From Patescibacteria group bacterium (GTDB lineage: Bacteria; Patescibacteriota; Patescibacteriia; Buchananbacterales; UBA6539): 64,000 bases of DNA. Both the position numbers and the translations under genes were made by a program. This document shows positions 19,072 through 28,723 of the stretch, piece after piece. Location of the stretch: contig JBAZSB010000001.1 in NCBI GenBank assembly GCA_041662625.1, positions 182,467-246,466 on the forward strand. Reading direction: 5' to 3'. How positions within the stretch are numbered: position 1 is the stretch's first letter; every line of letters starts with the position of its first letter. The notes beneath the pieces were generated by a model that was not told the origin of the DNA, ran no database searches, and saw only the letters and a list, made by a program, of their open reading frames with translations.

Positions 19072-21766
19072 AAAGTTTATTTGAAGCCCTTTTTACAATA
19101 AAATAATATTTAGTGATTTCAATTAATATAACTTGCATCAGGCCAAGGGCAAAAACGAAGAACCATTCGGTTGGCCCTAGATTGACAGTGCCAAATATTT
19201 TTTGGAAGTGTGGTTCATAGATTGCTAGCCATTGGAGAAAAAAACCGGCTAGTACCCCCAAAACTAGAAGCGGATTAGTAAAAGGATTTTGGCTAAAGAT
19301 TGAATGGCGTAAGCTCCGGCAAGAAAAGGCAAAAAGCAGAGAGTCAATGCCTAAAGTGGCAAAAAGGAACGTCCGGATTTTTTGGAGATCGTAAATTTCT
19401 AGCTTCAAAAGAAAATAAAATAAGGCGAACAAAAAAAGATTAGTAACTATACCAATAATAAAAATCAGAAATTTCATTTCCCCGTCCAATATTTTTTCAG
19501 TTTTTTTACGGGGTTTATCCTTCATTACTTCTCTTTCGCCTGGTTCCAAAGTTAAAGCCATATTAGGCAGGCCGTCATCAATAAGATTTATCCAAATAAT
19601 TTGCGCTGGTAGCAGTGGTAAAGGTAAACCGAGAACTACGGCGCCAGTAACCAAAATAATCTCGGAAAAGGTATCGGCTAAAAGGTAAAGGACAACTTTT
19701 CTAATGTTATCAAAAATTATTCTGCCCTGATGGACAGCAGCAATTATGGTTTTAAAATTATCGTCTAAAAGGATTAAATCCGAAGTTTCTTTGGCGACAT
19801 CAGTGCCTGAACCAAGGGCAATGCCGATATCGGCGGCTTTTAAAGCCGGAGCATCGTTAATGCCATCGCCGGTCATGGCGACTACTTCACCCCGTTTCTG
19901 CCAGGCGGCAACAATCCGCATTTTGTGTCTTGGTTCAACCCGGGCGTAAATGTCAATTCCCTTAACAATTTTAACCAAATCATCATCACTCATTTTATCC
20001 AGTTTTTCTCCCTCAATAATATTTTTATTTTCAACTTTAATACCAAGCTCGGAAACTATGGCTTTGGCGGTTAAGGGATGGTCGCCGGTAATAATAATTG
20101 GCCGAATGCCCGCTTGTCTGGCTAATTGAAAAGTTTCTTTTGTCTCGGGCCGGAGTGGATCTTTTAGGGCAATAAAGCCAATAAAAATCAAATTATTTAA
20201 TTCATTTTTCAGATCAATATTTTTATTTTTAGCAGTTTGTTTATAGCCAAAAGCTAAAAGTCTTAGGCCTTGTTTAGTTAAAGTTTCATATTTAATTTTA
20301 AGGGTTCGACTGATATTTTCGGTTAATGGTTCTTTTTTTCCATTAATTCTAACTAGTGAAGACATGGCTAAGATTTTTTCCGGTGCTCCTTTAACATAGA
20401 CTACTTCCCTTTCTTGGTCTAAGTGGTTTAGCGTGGCCATGTATTTAATTTCCGAATCAAAGGGAATTTCAGCGAGGCGGGCTTGCTGTTTTTTAATGTC
20501 TTGCCAGGGAATGCCTGATTCAATTGCAGCCAAAAGTAAGGCTGTTTCAGTCGGATGGCCTAAGATCCGCCAGTCTTCGAGTTCCGCCTCGGGATTTTCA
20601 ATAATCGCATCATTACAAAGCAAAGCAATTTTTAAAATTAGATCGTGGTCTTTTAAGCTGTCGGCATGTTGGTATTTAGGTTTTTTTTCAATGACAATTT
20701 CTTCACCGGCGGTGATGATTTTAGCCACCTGCATTTTCCCTTCAGTTAGTGTGCCGGTTTTGTCGGTACAAATAATTGAAACACTACCTAGGGTTTCGGC
20801 TGCGATTAATTTTCGGACCAAAGCTTTTTGGCGCAAGATGGCCTGCATGCCGATTGCTAAAATCGCCGTGACGGAAATCAAAAGACCTTCCGGAATTGAG
20901 GCAACCGCCAAGGCCGCGGCTGTATTAAGCATCCCCTCCCTGGCTCCCTCCCCGAAACCAAAAATCGTTCGACCTTGAATTTTGCCGATAATTATCACAA
21001 AAATGCACAGAAATAAAACCAGACTGGCCAAAGTCTTGCTGAAAGATTTCATTTGTTTCTGTAAAGGTGTTTCTTCTTCTTTAGTTTCCGCTACTAATTT
21101 GGTAATCTGGCCCAGTTCGGTTTCAAGTCCTATGGCACAAACAATTGCTTCGGCTTTGCCTGAGCCAACGATAGTACCGCTATAAACCATGTTTTGCCGG
21201 GCGGCCAAAGCTGTTCCTTTTTCTAAAGTTTTAAGACTTTTTGGTGTTGGGAATGATTCGCCGGTTAATGATGCTTCAATAACTGAGAAGTTGTCAATGG
21301 AAATTAAACGGGCATCAGCCGTGATTTTATCACCAGCGGCAAGGAGAATAATGTCACCCGGCACTAGATTTTTGGCGCTGATTTCAACGATATTATTGTC
21401 CCGCAAAACCCTTGTCTTTAAATCGATTAATTTTTTTAGGTAAGTTATGGCTTTATTGGCCTTATTTTCTTGGTAGAAACCTAAAAAGGTATTAATAAAA
21501 ACCCCGATTAAAATAATCGTGGTATCAATCATGTCCTGGAGGATAAAGGAGATTCCGGCCGCCCCTAATAGGATATAAACCAGTGGGCTTTTAAACTGGT
21601 TTAATAAAATCATCAGGCCGGAAAGTTTTTTTTCTTCCGGCAGCTTATTGGGCCCAAACTTTTTCAGCCGTTGTTCGGCTTGTTTGGTTGTTAAGCCGGT
21701 ATTATTCGAATTTAGCTTGGCAAAAATTTTATTGCTCGGCAGAGTATGCCAAAGAGTTTTCTCCAT
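19058..21766 (-). CDS. Cation-transporting P-type ATPase (type IIA/IIB, Ca2+-ATPase-like)
   Basis: Phosphorylation motif ICTDKTGTLT. Hinge motif TGDGINDAPALKAADIGIALG. Ten-TM architecture. 902 aa. Confidence 0.9.
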   Translation of the reverse strand: MEKTLWHTLPSNKIFAKLNSNNTGLTTKQAEQRLKKFGPNKLPEEKKLSGLMILLNQFKSPLVYILLGAAGISFILQDMIDTTIILIGVFINTFLGFYQENKANKAITYLKKLIDLKTRVLRDNNIVEISAKNLVPGDIILLAAGDKITADARLISIDNFSVIEASLTGESFPTPKSLKTLEKGTALAARQNMVYSGTIVGSGKAEAIVCAIGLETELGQITKLVAETKEEETPLQKQMKSFSKTLASLVLFLCIFVIIIGKIQGRTIFGFGEGAREGMLNTAAALAVASIPEGLLISVTAILAIGMQAILRQKALVRKLIAAETLGSVSIICTDKTGTLTEGKMQVAKIITAGEEIVIEKKPKYQHADSLKDHDLILKIALLCNDAIIENPEAELEDWRILGHPTETALLLAAIESGIPWQDIKKQQARLAEIPFDSEIKYMATLNHLDQEREVVYVKGAPEKILAMSSLVRINGKKEPLTENISRTLKIKYETLTKQGLRLLAFGYKQTAKNKNIDLKNELNNLIFIGFIALKDPLRPETKETFQLARQAGIRPIIITGDHPLTAKAIVSELGIKVENKNIIEGEKLDKMSDDDLVKIVKGIDIYARVEPRHKMRIVAAWQKRGEVVAMTGDGINDAPALKAADIGIALGSGTDVAKETSDLILLDDNFKTIIAAVHQGRIIFDNIRKVVLYLLADTFSEIILVTGAVVLGLPLPLLPAQIIWINLIDDGLPNMALTLEPGEREVMKDKPRKKTEKILDGEMKFLIFIIGIVTNLFLFALFYFLLKLEIYDLQKIRTFLFATLGIDSLLFAFSCRSLRHSIFSQNPFTNPLLVLGVLAGFFLQWLAIYEPHFQKIFGTVNLGPTEWFFVFALGLMQVILIEITKYYFIVKRASNKLYGQQ

Positions 21767-21936
21767 TTTATTTTTGTTATTGACGCCGTAGAGTGAGAGC
21801 TCCGCCGCTTATTGTATAGATAGAAAGTGGCCGGAGCTTATTTTGCGTTTAAACATCCTTTATTTTTCAGGAGTTTATTATTCTAAATTATAACATAAAA
21901 ATAGAAAAAACGCTATTAGTTTTCCTTCGTTGTGTC

Positions 21937-22758
21937 CTACTGACAAACCTGTTTAATCTCGTTAATTTTTTCTGCGGCGACCAATTCGCCTTCTTTAATG
22001 ATCGCTGTGACTTGATTGTTATCAAAAATGCGGTTCCAGCCCACCAAGCCGACTTCCGCTACCTTTGGTTCAATGACAACGTCGGCGTATTGGAGGGAAT
22101 TTTTTGCCAGGTAATGGCGGATGATATTAAGAGCGCGAATGGAAGTTTTAGTCAGAGATGAGTGTTTTGAGAAGTTATTTCCATCATTAAATTTGCCGTT
22201 GTCTAAATTAACGGCAATAACAATATCCGCTCCCATCTTTCGTACTACTGCCGCTGGCACTGGATTAGACAAGCCGCCGTCAGACAAAAGATAACCATTG
22301 GCTTCGATTGGCTGGAAAACTGGTGGTACGGCCAAAGAGGCCCGGACTGCTTTAATCAGATCGCCTTCTTTAATATCGATTTCTTTGCCACTTTTTAGAT
22401 CAGTGGCAACTACTGCTAAAGGAATTTTCAGGCCAGAAAAATCAATATTTAAAAGCCATTGCTTAATCAGGTTTTCTATTTTTTTACCCTTCAGCAGACC
22501 GCCGTGCCAGGTTGGATCAAAAACAGAGAAGGCAGTTTGCCAGTTAGTATCCATGGCAATTTTTTCTAAACCATTAACATCCAAATGAGCCGCATAAAAA
22601 GCGCCGACCAAGGCACCCGCACTGGCACCGGCGATAAAATCAATTGGAATATTATTTTTTTTCAATTCCTTAATTACCCCAATATGAGCTAGGCCGCGGA
22701 CTCCGCCGCTGCCTAAGGCTAAGCCGATTTTCTTTCTTGTTTGGGTCATTTTTGTCAT
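21937..22758 (-). CDS. Patatin-like phospholipase (RssA family)
   Basis: Oxyanion motif GSGGVRG. Lipase GxSxG motif GASAG. The catalytic-dyad Asp lies in SDGG. Confidence 0.8.
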   Translation of the reverse strand: MTKMTQTRKKIGLALGSGGVRGLAHIGVIKELKKNNIPIDFIAGASAGALVGAFYAAHLDVNGLEKIAMDTNWQTAFSVFDPTWHGGLLKGKKIENLIKQWLLNIDFSGLKIPLAVVATDLKSGKEIDIKEGDLIKAVRASLAVPPVFQPIEANGYLLSDGGLSNPVPAAVVRKMGADIVIAVNLDNGKFNDGNNFSKHSSLTKTSIRALNIIRHYLAKNSLQYADVVIEPKVAEVGLVGWNRIFDNNQVTAIIKEGELVAAEKINEIKQVCQ

Positions 22759-22874
22759 TTAGAGATTACTACTTAATTATACTTGAATAAATAAGACCCG
22801 CAAGAGTGAAGTCTCAGGCGGGCCGGCCAGCCTTATCGTTGGCTCGATTCTGAAGGTTAATTTAATAAATCAAA

Positions 22875-23138
22875 CTAATTCTGAGGACAATTTTTTGATT
22901 TTTTATAGCCAGCAGCTTGGGCTTCGGCTTCAGAACAGAACCATTTCTCACCTTTCCTTAAACTTATACTAACCTGGCTATATTTATCGCACTCTTTTAG
23001 ATGGTAGGTTTTTTCTCCTTGCTGGTTGATATTGCCCTTGATATCGCAGGAATTTTGATTTGTTAGGGTTGCACTTTGTGGACTACAACCAGCCAGAAAA
23101 AAAGCCGATAAAATCAACAAAATAAAATATTTTATCAT
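22875..23138 (-). CDS. Small Cys-containing lipoprotein
   Basis: Lipobox LAGCS. Four Cys residues in a 60-aa mature region. It overlaps the downstream gene by 4 nt, which suggests an operon. Confidence 0.4.
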   Translation of the reverse strand: MIKYFILLILSAFFLAGCSPQSATLTNQNSCDIKGNINQQGEKTYHLKECDKYSQVSISLRKGEKWFCSEAEAQAAGYKKSKNCPQN

Positions 23139-23989
23139 AAACTTAATTTTATCAGAGTTGGAATCCCTTGTTCACCTTCATTAGCGATAAGAGCCTCACC
23201 ACTTTCCAGAAAAGTAATGCCTTCTGGTTGATTAAAGATTGAGACATCAAGTTGCTTGACGTCAATGATTTTTCCCATTTGGTTCAAAACTACTATTATA
23301 TTATCAACTGCTGAAACAATATAGATATTGTTGTTTTGGTGATGAATCGCAATGCCTGACGGCCGGAATTTGATTATTTTTTTACCGGACTTTGCCTCCA
23401 ATTCTGCATTTATTGAATTGGCGAAATTTTCTATCTCCGTTATATCGATTATAAATATTGGTTCAGCGCTTAATTTTTTGTTTTCTAAATCAAAGGCATA
23501 AATATATCTTTTATCTTTGTATTCCTTACCATCTTCGGCTTTACTTTTGGTGGCAATCAATAGTCGGTTATTTTGAGGATCATAGCATAAGCCCTCGTTA
23601 TTATTTGCTCCAATGGCTAAATTATATTCTATAGTCCTGTCTTTTGTTATATCAAAAAGAATCGCGTCGCTTCGGAGGACATAGAAATTTCCGTTGGCAA
23701 AAGCAACCCCTTCATAATCACCGGGATTACCAAATTCGATTGAGTCAGTGACTGTTTTTTTGTCCAGGTCATAGATATATATTACTCCATCCTCGTCTTG
23801 GATACCGGCAATCTTATTATTACCAATATAAGTTATGCCAGAAATTTCATGCAAATAACCCGGTAACGGGTAAGAGTAACCGTTTTCTTTCATGATTTTT
23901 GGGCTGAATTTTGAAAAAATATAAATAGCGCAGGCAAAAATAACTATCACTAAAATAATTAATACTTTAAAGTTTAGTATTTTTTTCAT
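23135..23989 (-). CDS. Secreted or anchored beta-propeller-like protein (SdiA-regulated/YjiK-like)
   Basis: N-terminal TM or signal anchor. Motifs EISGITY...YEGVAF...NEGLCYD...PEGITF resemble the YjiK/SdiA-regulated domain. Confidence 0.35.
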   Translation of the reverse strand: MKKILNFKVLIILVIVIFACAIYIFSKFSPKIMKENGYSYPLPGYLHEISGITYIGNNKIAGIQDEDGVIYIYDLDKKTVTDSIEFGNPGDYEGVAFANGNFYVLRSDAILFDITKDRTIEYNLAIGANNNEGLCYDPQNNRLLIATKSKAEDGKEYKDKRYIYAFDLENKKLSAEPIFIIDITEIENFANSINAELEAKSGKKIIKFRPSGIAIHHQNNNIYIVSAVDNIIVVLNQMGKIIDVKQLDVSIFNQPEGITFLESGEALIANEGEQGIPTLIKLSL

Positions 23990-24009
23990 ATTGTTAGTTC
24001 AGCTATCAT

Positions 24010-24777
24010 TTATCTTAAAGTCCAACCGCCATCAACAATAATAGTTTGCCCGGTAATGTAACTGGCCTTTTCAGAAGATAAAAAGACAACAGCGTTGGCT
24101 ATATCTTCGGGCTGGCCCATCCTGGATAAAGGAATCATGGCGATAGTCTGTTTCCTAGCTGCTTCAGCAGCAGTTCTTGGCTGGTCTGGCTGGCTGGCGC
24201 CTGGTGTGTCAATTGCGCCTGGTGCCACTGCGTTAACAGTAATCTTTCTTGGTGCTAATTCCAAAGCTAGAGCGCGGATCATACTATTTATACCGCCTTT
24301 AGAAGCGCAATAATGAACTAAACCTTCGAATCCAACAAATGAAGCAATCGAGGAAGTATTTATTATTCGCCCACCAGCGGACATAATCTTTACTGCTTCC
24401 TGAGAGCATAAAAATACGCTTTTTAAATTAACATCAATCACCTTGTCCCAGTCTGATTCTTTCATTTCAGCAAAAGGGACGAAGGGAAAGATGCCGGCAT
24501 TATTCACTAAAATATCAAGCTGGCCGAATTCTTTCATCGTTTTTTTAAATAATTCTTCCACTTCTAATTTTTTAGAAACATCACATTTTACCGCCAAAGC
24601 CTTAACGCCAAGTTTTTCTAATTCTTCGGCGACTTTTTTGCAATCATTTTGGTCAATGTCTGAGACCACGACATTACATTTTTCTTGAGCTAAAGCCAAA
24701 GCAATCGCTTGCCCGATTCCCCTTCTTGCACCAGTGACGATGGCCACTTTATTTTCTAACAGCATAGTTTTAATCAT
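24010..24777 (-). CDS. fabG: Short-chain dehydrogenase/reductase, 3-oxoacyl-ACP reductase-like
   Basis: NAD(P)-binding motif TGARRGIG. NNAG. The S-Y-K catalytic triad context (YCASKGG). Confidence 0.8.
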   Translation of the reverse strand: MIKTMLLENKVAIVTGARRGIGQAIALALAQEKCNVVVSDIDQNDCKKVAEELEKLGVKALAVKCDVSKKLEVEELFKKTMKEFGQLDILVNNAGIFPFVPFAEMKESDWDKVIDVNLKSVFLCSQEAVKIMSAGGRIINTSSIASFVGFEGLVHYCASKGGINSMIRALALELAPRKITVNAVAPGAIDTPGASQPDQPRTAAEAARKQTIAMIPLSRMGQPEDIANAVVFLSSEKASYITGQTIIVDGGWTLR

Positions 24778-24863
24778 TAATACTTATGGTTTTTATATTA
24801 TATCAAAAAACCGCCCAAATGTCAGGCAGTTAAAAGTCAACTGTTAAATGTTAATTGTTAGAT

Positions 24864-24961
24864 TGGGTCGTGCAGGGATCTGCGCCGGAGGCGCATCCGC
24901 CCTTTATTTTTTTGAATTGAGGCGGAGAACCTGCGACCATCAGCTTAAAAGGCAACTGAGC
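24864..24961 (-). pseudogene. Degenerate partial copy of tRNA-Lys: anticodon arm through 3' end, with a 46-nt insertion in the T-loop
   Basis: GCTCAGTT + GCCTTTTAAGCTGATGGTCGCAGGTTC + [46-nt insert] + GATCCCTGCACGACCCA. This is identical to the intact tRNA-Lys 12 nt upstream, except that GGTAGAGCAGCA is missing and the insert is present. Confidence 0.6.
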
Positions 24962-24973
24962 AAAAAATCAAAA

Positions 24974-25046
24974 TGGGTCGTGCAGGGATCGAACCTGCGA
25001 CCATCAGCTTAAAAGGCTGCTGCTCTACCAACTGAGCTAACGACCC
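24974..25046 (-). tRNA. tRNA-Lys (anticodon TTT). CCA is not encoded.
   Basis: GGGTCGT-TA-GCTCAGTTGGTAGAGC-A-GCAGC-CTTTTAA-GCTGA-TGGTC-GCAGGTTCGATCCCTGC-ACGACCC-A. Confidence 0.8.
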
Positions 25047-25066
25047 ATGATTCTATATTTTACACT

Positions 25067-25354
25067 TTATCTTGATTTAAAACCCTCTTTGATTTTAGAT
25101 AGCCAGGCTTCCAGAGCGGCGATTGCTTCTTTACGAGCCAGTTCAAGTTCGCCTTTTAATTGGCTAATTTTTTCAAACACTGGCTCTTGCTCCTCTTTCG
25201 GTAAGGCCGGGTTGATTTCTTGAATTTTTGCGGCCAGTTCTTTTTCTAATTCTCTGACTCTTTGTTGAGCTTGAGTGAATTCTTCCTCTGCTAGATCTTT
25301 TTCTGATTTTTCTAGTTCATCCGGACTAATTTTTGGTTCTTGTTCCATAATCAA
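25067..25354 (-). CDS. Hypothetical small coiled-coil protein
   Basis: ORF only. The sequence is Glu/Lys-rich with heptad-like repeats. Confidence 0.3.
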   Translation of the reverse strand: MIMEQEPKISPDELEKSEKDLAEEEFTQAQQRVRELEKELAAKIQEINPALPKEEQEPVFEKISQLKGELELARKEAIAALEAWLSKIKEGFKSR

Positions 25355-25500
25355 TTTAATGACTTAGTAAGAGAATACTAGCAGAATTTTCCAAAAAAAT
25401 CAAGTTTGGGTAATAAAAAAGATAATAACACAAAAGTTTTTATTTGGCAATTTTTTGCTTTGAATGGCTATTTTTTGATTTTTTGGTAAAATAAATAAGT

Positions 25501-26136
25501 ATGAAACTACTTCGGGTTACAACGGTGATTTTATTCCCTCCCCTGCTATTTCTTTTGGTAATACTTTCCTTTGCTTTTAATCTGAGCTTCTACCAAAAGC
25601 AGTATGACAGAATTGAGGTCATGCAAAGTATTGGTAGAACTGATGCTGTTTTGCAGGCTGCCGCGGTTTATGATTATTTAAGTGGCAGAAAAGACCAATT
25701 GATCGGCGCTTACACTCCCAGGGAACAGCTTCATTTGGCTGACGTTAGAAATATAATTTTTTATATTAAACTTATTACTTTAGTTTTGGCTGTGCTGTTT
25801 ATTGCCGCCTCTTTATGGCTTTATTTTAAAAGTGGAATTATTGGTTTAATTAAAGCTTTGCTTTGGTCAAACATTGTTTCCCTAATCATTTTTTTAGTTC
25901 TAATCGTTTTATTTACCTTGAATTTTAATTGGCTTTTTTTAGTGTTTCATCAGGTAATGTTTAGGAACGATTTTTGGCAGCTTGATCCCAATACTGAGAT
26001 GCTTATCAATTTGTTCCCGCCGCAGTTTTTTGTCGCAATGATCAGCCGGATTTTTTTAGTCACAATAATTATTAATATTGTTATTATTTGTTTAGCCCTG
26101 TTGGCAAAGCAGATTAAAAAAAATCCAGCCGTTTAA
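25501..26136 (+). CDS. Integral membrane protein (DUF1461/TIGR01906-like)
   Basis: Four predicted TM helices. LHLADVRNIIFYIK resembles the HxxDV motif of that family. Confidence 0.4.
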   Translation: MKLLRVTTVILFPPLLFLLVILSFAFNLSFYQKQYDRIEVMQSIGRTDAVLQAAAVYDYLSGRKDQLIGAYTPREQLHLADVRNIIFYIKLITLVLAVLFIAASLWLYFKSGIIGLIKALLWSNIVSLIIFLVLIVLFTLNFNWLFLVFHQVMFRNDFWQLDPNTEMLINLFPPQFFVAMISRIFLVTIIINIVIICLALLAKQIKKNPAV

Positions 26137-26170
26137 CTTCGGCGGCTGGATCTATCTAGAATGTAGCAAT

Positions 26171-27031
26171 CTATTTTTTGATAATTGGGACGCCGGCCAT
26201 ATCGCCGATGACATTTATCAATTCGGAATTGGAGTTGACCACAATCTTGGTATTTTGTGACAAAGCTGTTTCTACCGCTTCAAGCTTTCTTAGAAGTTGA
26301 GCATTACCTTTAAAATACATTTCTGCTGCTTCATTAACCAACTTAATCGCTTCGGCTTCGCCTTCGGCTTGAAGAATTTTGCCTTGCTTGATACCCTCGG
26401 CTTTTTTAATTTGGGCGCGCTTTTCGCCGTCCGCTTGAGTCTCCACAGCATTGGCATAGTCAATTGCGGCGATTTTTTCGTTTTCCGCTTTAACCACTTT
26501 ATTCATGGTCTCCTGCACGTCTTTGGGAGGATCAATTTCTTTCAGCTCGGTTCGGACAATATCAATGCCCCAAGTTTTAGTCTCTGTTAGTAAAGTTTTT
26601 AAAAGTTCAGAGTTAATTTTGTCCCGTTCAGAATTGGCGGATTTCAAAGTCAAGGTGCCGATGATGTTTCTTAGAGTGGTCCGGGCCAAACTGACAATCT
26701 GCTGTTTGTAATTATTGACGTTGTATTGGCAGTTTTTAATACTTTCTTCGTCATTTTTAACCTTGAAGTAAACCTGGGCATCAACCCGGGCATTAAGGTT
26801 GTCGTTAGTGATAATCTCTTGCGGTTCGGCGTCAACCATCTGTTCGGTGATGTTAATTTTATAAATTTTTTCAACGACCGGAATCCGCCAATGAAGGCCC
26901 GGCTGGGCAAAACGGTTATATCTGCCGAATCTTTCAACTAAAAAGCGTTCAATTGGCCTGACAACAAACAAGCCGCTTAAGCCCAAAACGAGCAGTAGAA
27001 TGGCGGCAATAATGGCATAGGTGGTAAGCAT
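26171..27031 (-). CDS. SPFH/band-7 family protein (stomatin/HflK-like)
   Basis: N-terminal TM helix, then the SPFH core (FVVRPIERFLVERFGRYNRFAQPGLHWRIPVVEKI), then a C-terminal coiled coil. Confidence 0.75.
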   Translation of the reverse strand: MLTTYAIIAAILLLVLGLSGLFVVRPIERFLVERFGRYNRFAQPGLHWRIPVVEKIYKINITEQMVDAEPQEIITNDNLNARVDAQVYFKVKNDEESIKNCQYNVNNYKQQIVSLARTTLRNIIGTLTLKSANSERDKINSELLKTLLTETKTWGIDIVRTELKEIDPPKDVQETMNKVVKAENEKIAAIDYANAVETQADGEKRAQIKKAEGIKQGKILQAEGEAEAIKLVNEAAEMYFKGNAQLLRKLEAVETALSQNTKIVVNSNSELINVIGDMAGVPIIKK

Positions 27032-27268
27032 AGGTTTTTCTTAAGATTTAAAGGGGTAATTAGTCTGATCAAATTAAATGGTTGTCACAGGCGACCAGGA
27101 AATTGCTCGCCTCGCTGAGACGCGAGGCGAAGCGGGTGTCGTTCGGTTCAAATGAACGCAAGTGTTCATCTATCTCTTAATAGCAATTATAGGCCGTGGC
27201 TGGATTTATTTCAAGCCCGAGTGGATAATCCCGTTTAATTCAGTGGATATTTTGTGGCCAATTTTGGC

Positions 27269-27298
27269 TTGTAACAATAGGCTAAAATAGTGTAAGAT
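27269..27298 (+). promoter_or_regulatory. Putative sigma-70 promoter for dnaB
   Basis: TTGTAA, 18-nt spacer, TAAGAT. It ends about 27 nt upstream of the dnaB ATG. Confidence 0.35.
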
Positions 27299-27324
27299 GA
27301 AATAACTAATAATCTAATTTTGAT

Positions 27325-28710
27325 ATGAATCAACGTAGCGAAAATTTTGATAAAATTCCACCCCAAAATGTTGAAATGGAACAGTCACTTTTAGGCGCTT
27401 TATTGATTGATAAGGACGCCATTGTTAAAATTGCCGATATTATCACGGGTGATGATTTTTATAAAGATACCCACCGCTTTATTTTTGAAACCATGAAAGA
27501 ATTATATGAACGGCGAGAACCTATTGATCTACTCAGTTTAGGCAGCCGGCTGGAAGAGAAAGGTCAGCTGGAGACAATTGGTGGCCGGAGTTATTTGACC
27601 ACTTTAGCTAATACGGTTCCGACTTCCAGTCATGTGGTTCATTATGCCCAAACGGTCCAAAGTAAGGCAACTCTGCGGCGGTTACTTAAGGCTTCGGCGG
27701 AAATTACCGAATTAGGCTACCGCGAAACTGAAGACATTAATCAACTTTTGGATGAAGCCGAACAAAAACTGTTTGGTGTTTCCCAAAAATACTTAAAACG
27801 AACTTTTATTCCCATTACTGATGTTTTAACCGAAACTTTTGATCGGATTGACGAATTACATCGCGACTCAGGTAAATTACGCGGTGTGCCGACTTATTTC
27901 ACGGATTTGGATAATGTTTTGGCTGGCCTCCAAAAATCAGACTTAATTATTTTAGCGGCACGGCCTTCGGTTGGTAAAACAACTTTGGCTTTGGATATTG
28001 CCAGAAATGTGGCGATTAGAGCCAAAGAGCCAGTCGGCATTTTCAGTCTGGAAATGTCCAAGGAACAGTTAGTTGACCGCCTGCTTTGTGCTGAAGCCGG
28101 AGTTGATCTTTGGAAGATGCGGACGGGTAAATTATCCGACCAGGGAGAAAATGATGATTTCAGCCGGATCAACCACGCCATGGGAGTGCTTTCTGAAGCT
28201 AAAATTTATATTGATGATTCGGCTAATGCCAATGTGATGGAAATCAGAACTAAGGCGCGCCGGCTGCAAGCTGAACACGGCTTGGGTTTAATCATTATTG
28301 ACTATTTACAGTTGATGGAAGGCCGAAGCAATAAAGAAAATCGGGTTCAGGAAGTTTCCGACATCTCCCGTAACCTCAAAGCGATTGCCCGTGAGCTTAA
28401 TATACCGGTGTTGGCTTTGTCTCAGCTTTCGCGGGGTGTTGAATCACGCGACACTCATATCCCCCGCTTGGCGGATTTACGCGAGTCCGGTTCAATTGAG
28501 CAGGATGCTGACGTAGTTTTGTTTATTTATCGGGAAGCTGTTTATTACCGGGATTTACCGCCAGACAAAGCTCATTTGGCCGATATCATTATTGCCAAGC
28601 ATCGTAATGGACCGACTGGCAAAATTAAACTTTTCTTTGATGAGCATAATGTTACTTTTAAAAACGCTGAGCGAAAAATCACTGATGAAGAAATCAATTT
28701 TGCCGCTTAA
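27325..28710 (+). CDS. dnaB: Replicative DNA helicase DnaB
   Basis: N-terminal PQNVEMEQSLLGALL. Walker A motif ARPSVGKTT. RecA-like core. 461 aa with no intein. Confidence 0.9.
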   Translation: MNQRSENFDKIPPQNVEMEQSLLGALLIDKDAIVKIADIITGDDFYKDTHRFIFETMKELYERREPIDLLSLGSRLEEKGQLETIGGRSYLTTLANTVPTSSHVVHYAQTVQSKATLRRLLKASAEITELGYRETEDINQLLDEAEQKLFGVSQKYLKRTFIPITDVLTETFDRIDELHRDSGKLRGVPTYFTDLDNVLAGLQKSDLIILAARPSVGKTTLALDIARNVAIRAKEPVGIFSLEMSKEQLVDRLLCAEAGVDLWKMRTGKLSDQGENDDFSRINHAMGVLSEAKIYIDDSANANVMEIRTKARRLQAEHGLGLIIIDYLQLMEGRSNKENRVQEVSDISRNLKAIARELNIPVLALSQLSRGVESRDTHIPRLADLRESGSIEQDADVVLFIYREAVYYRDLPPDKAHLADIIIAKHRNGPTGKIKLFFDEHNVTFKNAERKITDEEINFAA

Positions 28711-28723
28711 TTAATTTTTTGTT

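Noticed and set aside
20433-21443. Series of plus-strand ORFs (181, 67 and 84 aa) inside the P-type ATPase gene
   Set aside because: They are antisense to a confidently identified 902-aa P-type ATPase (DKTGTLT and TGDGINDAPAL motifs), and none has a recognisable domain. The same reasoning applies to the other short antisense ORFs in the track, for example 605-793, 3523-3738, 35953-36240 and 43046-43389.
27040-27320. Considered SRP (4.5S) RNA for the GC-rich hairpins upstream of dnaB
   Set aside because: The hairpin loops (CCAGGAAAUUGC, UGAGA) do not match the conserved SRP helix-8 GNRA/GGAA tetraloop with flanking AGCAG/CAGG. Kept only as a low-interest finding.
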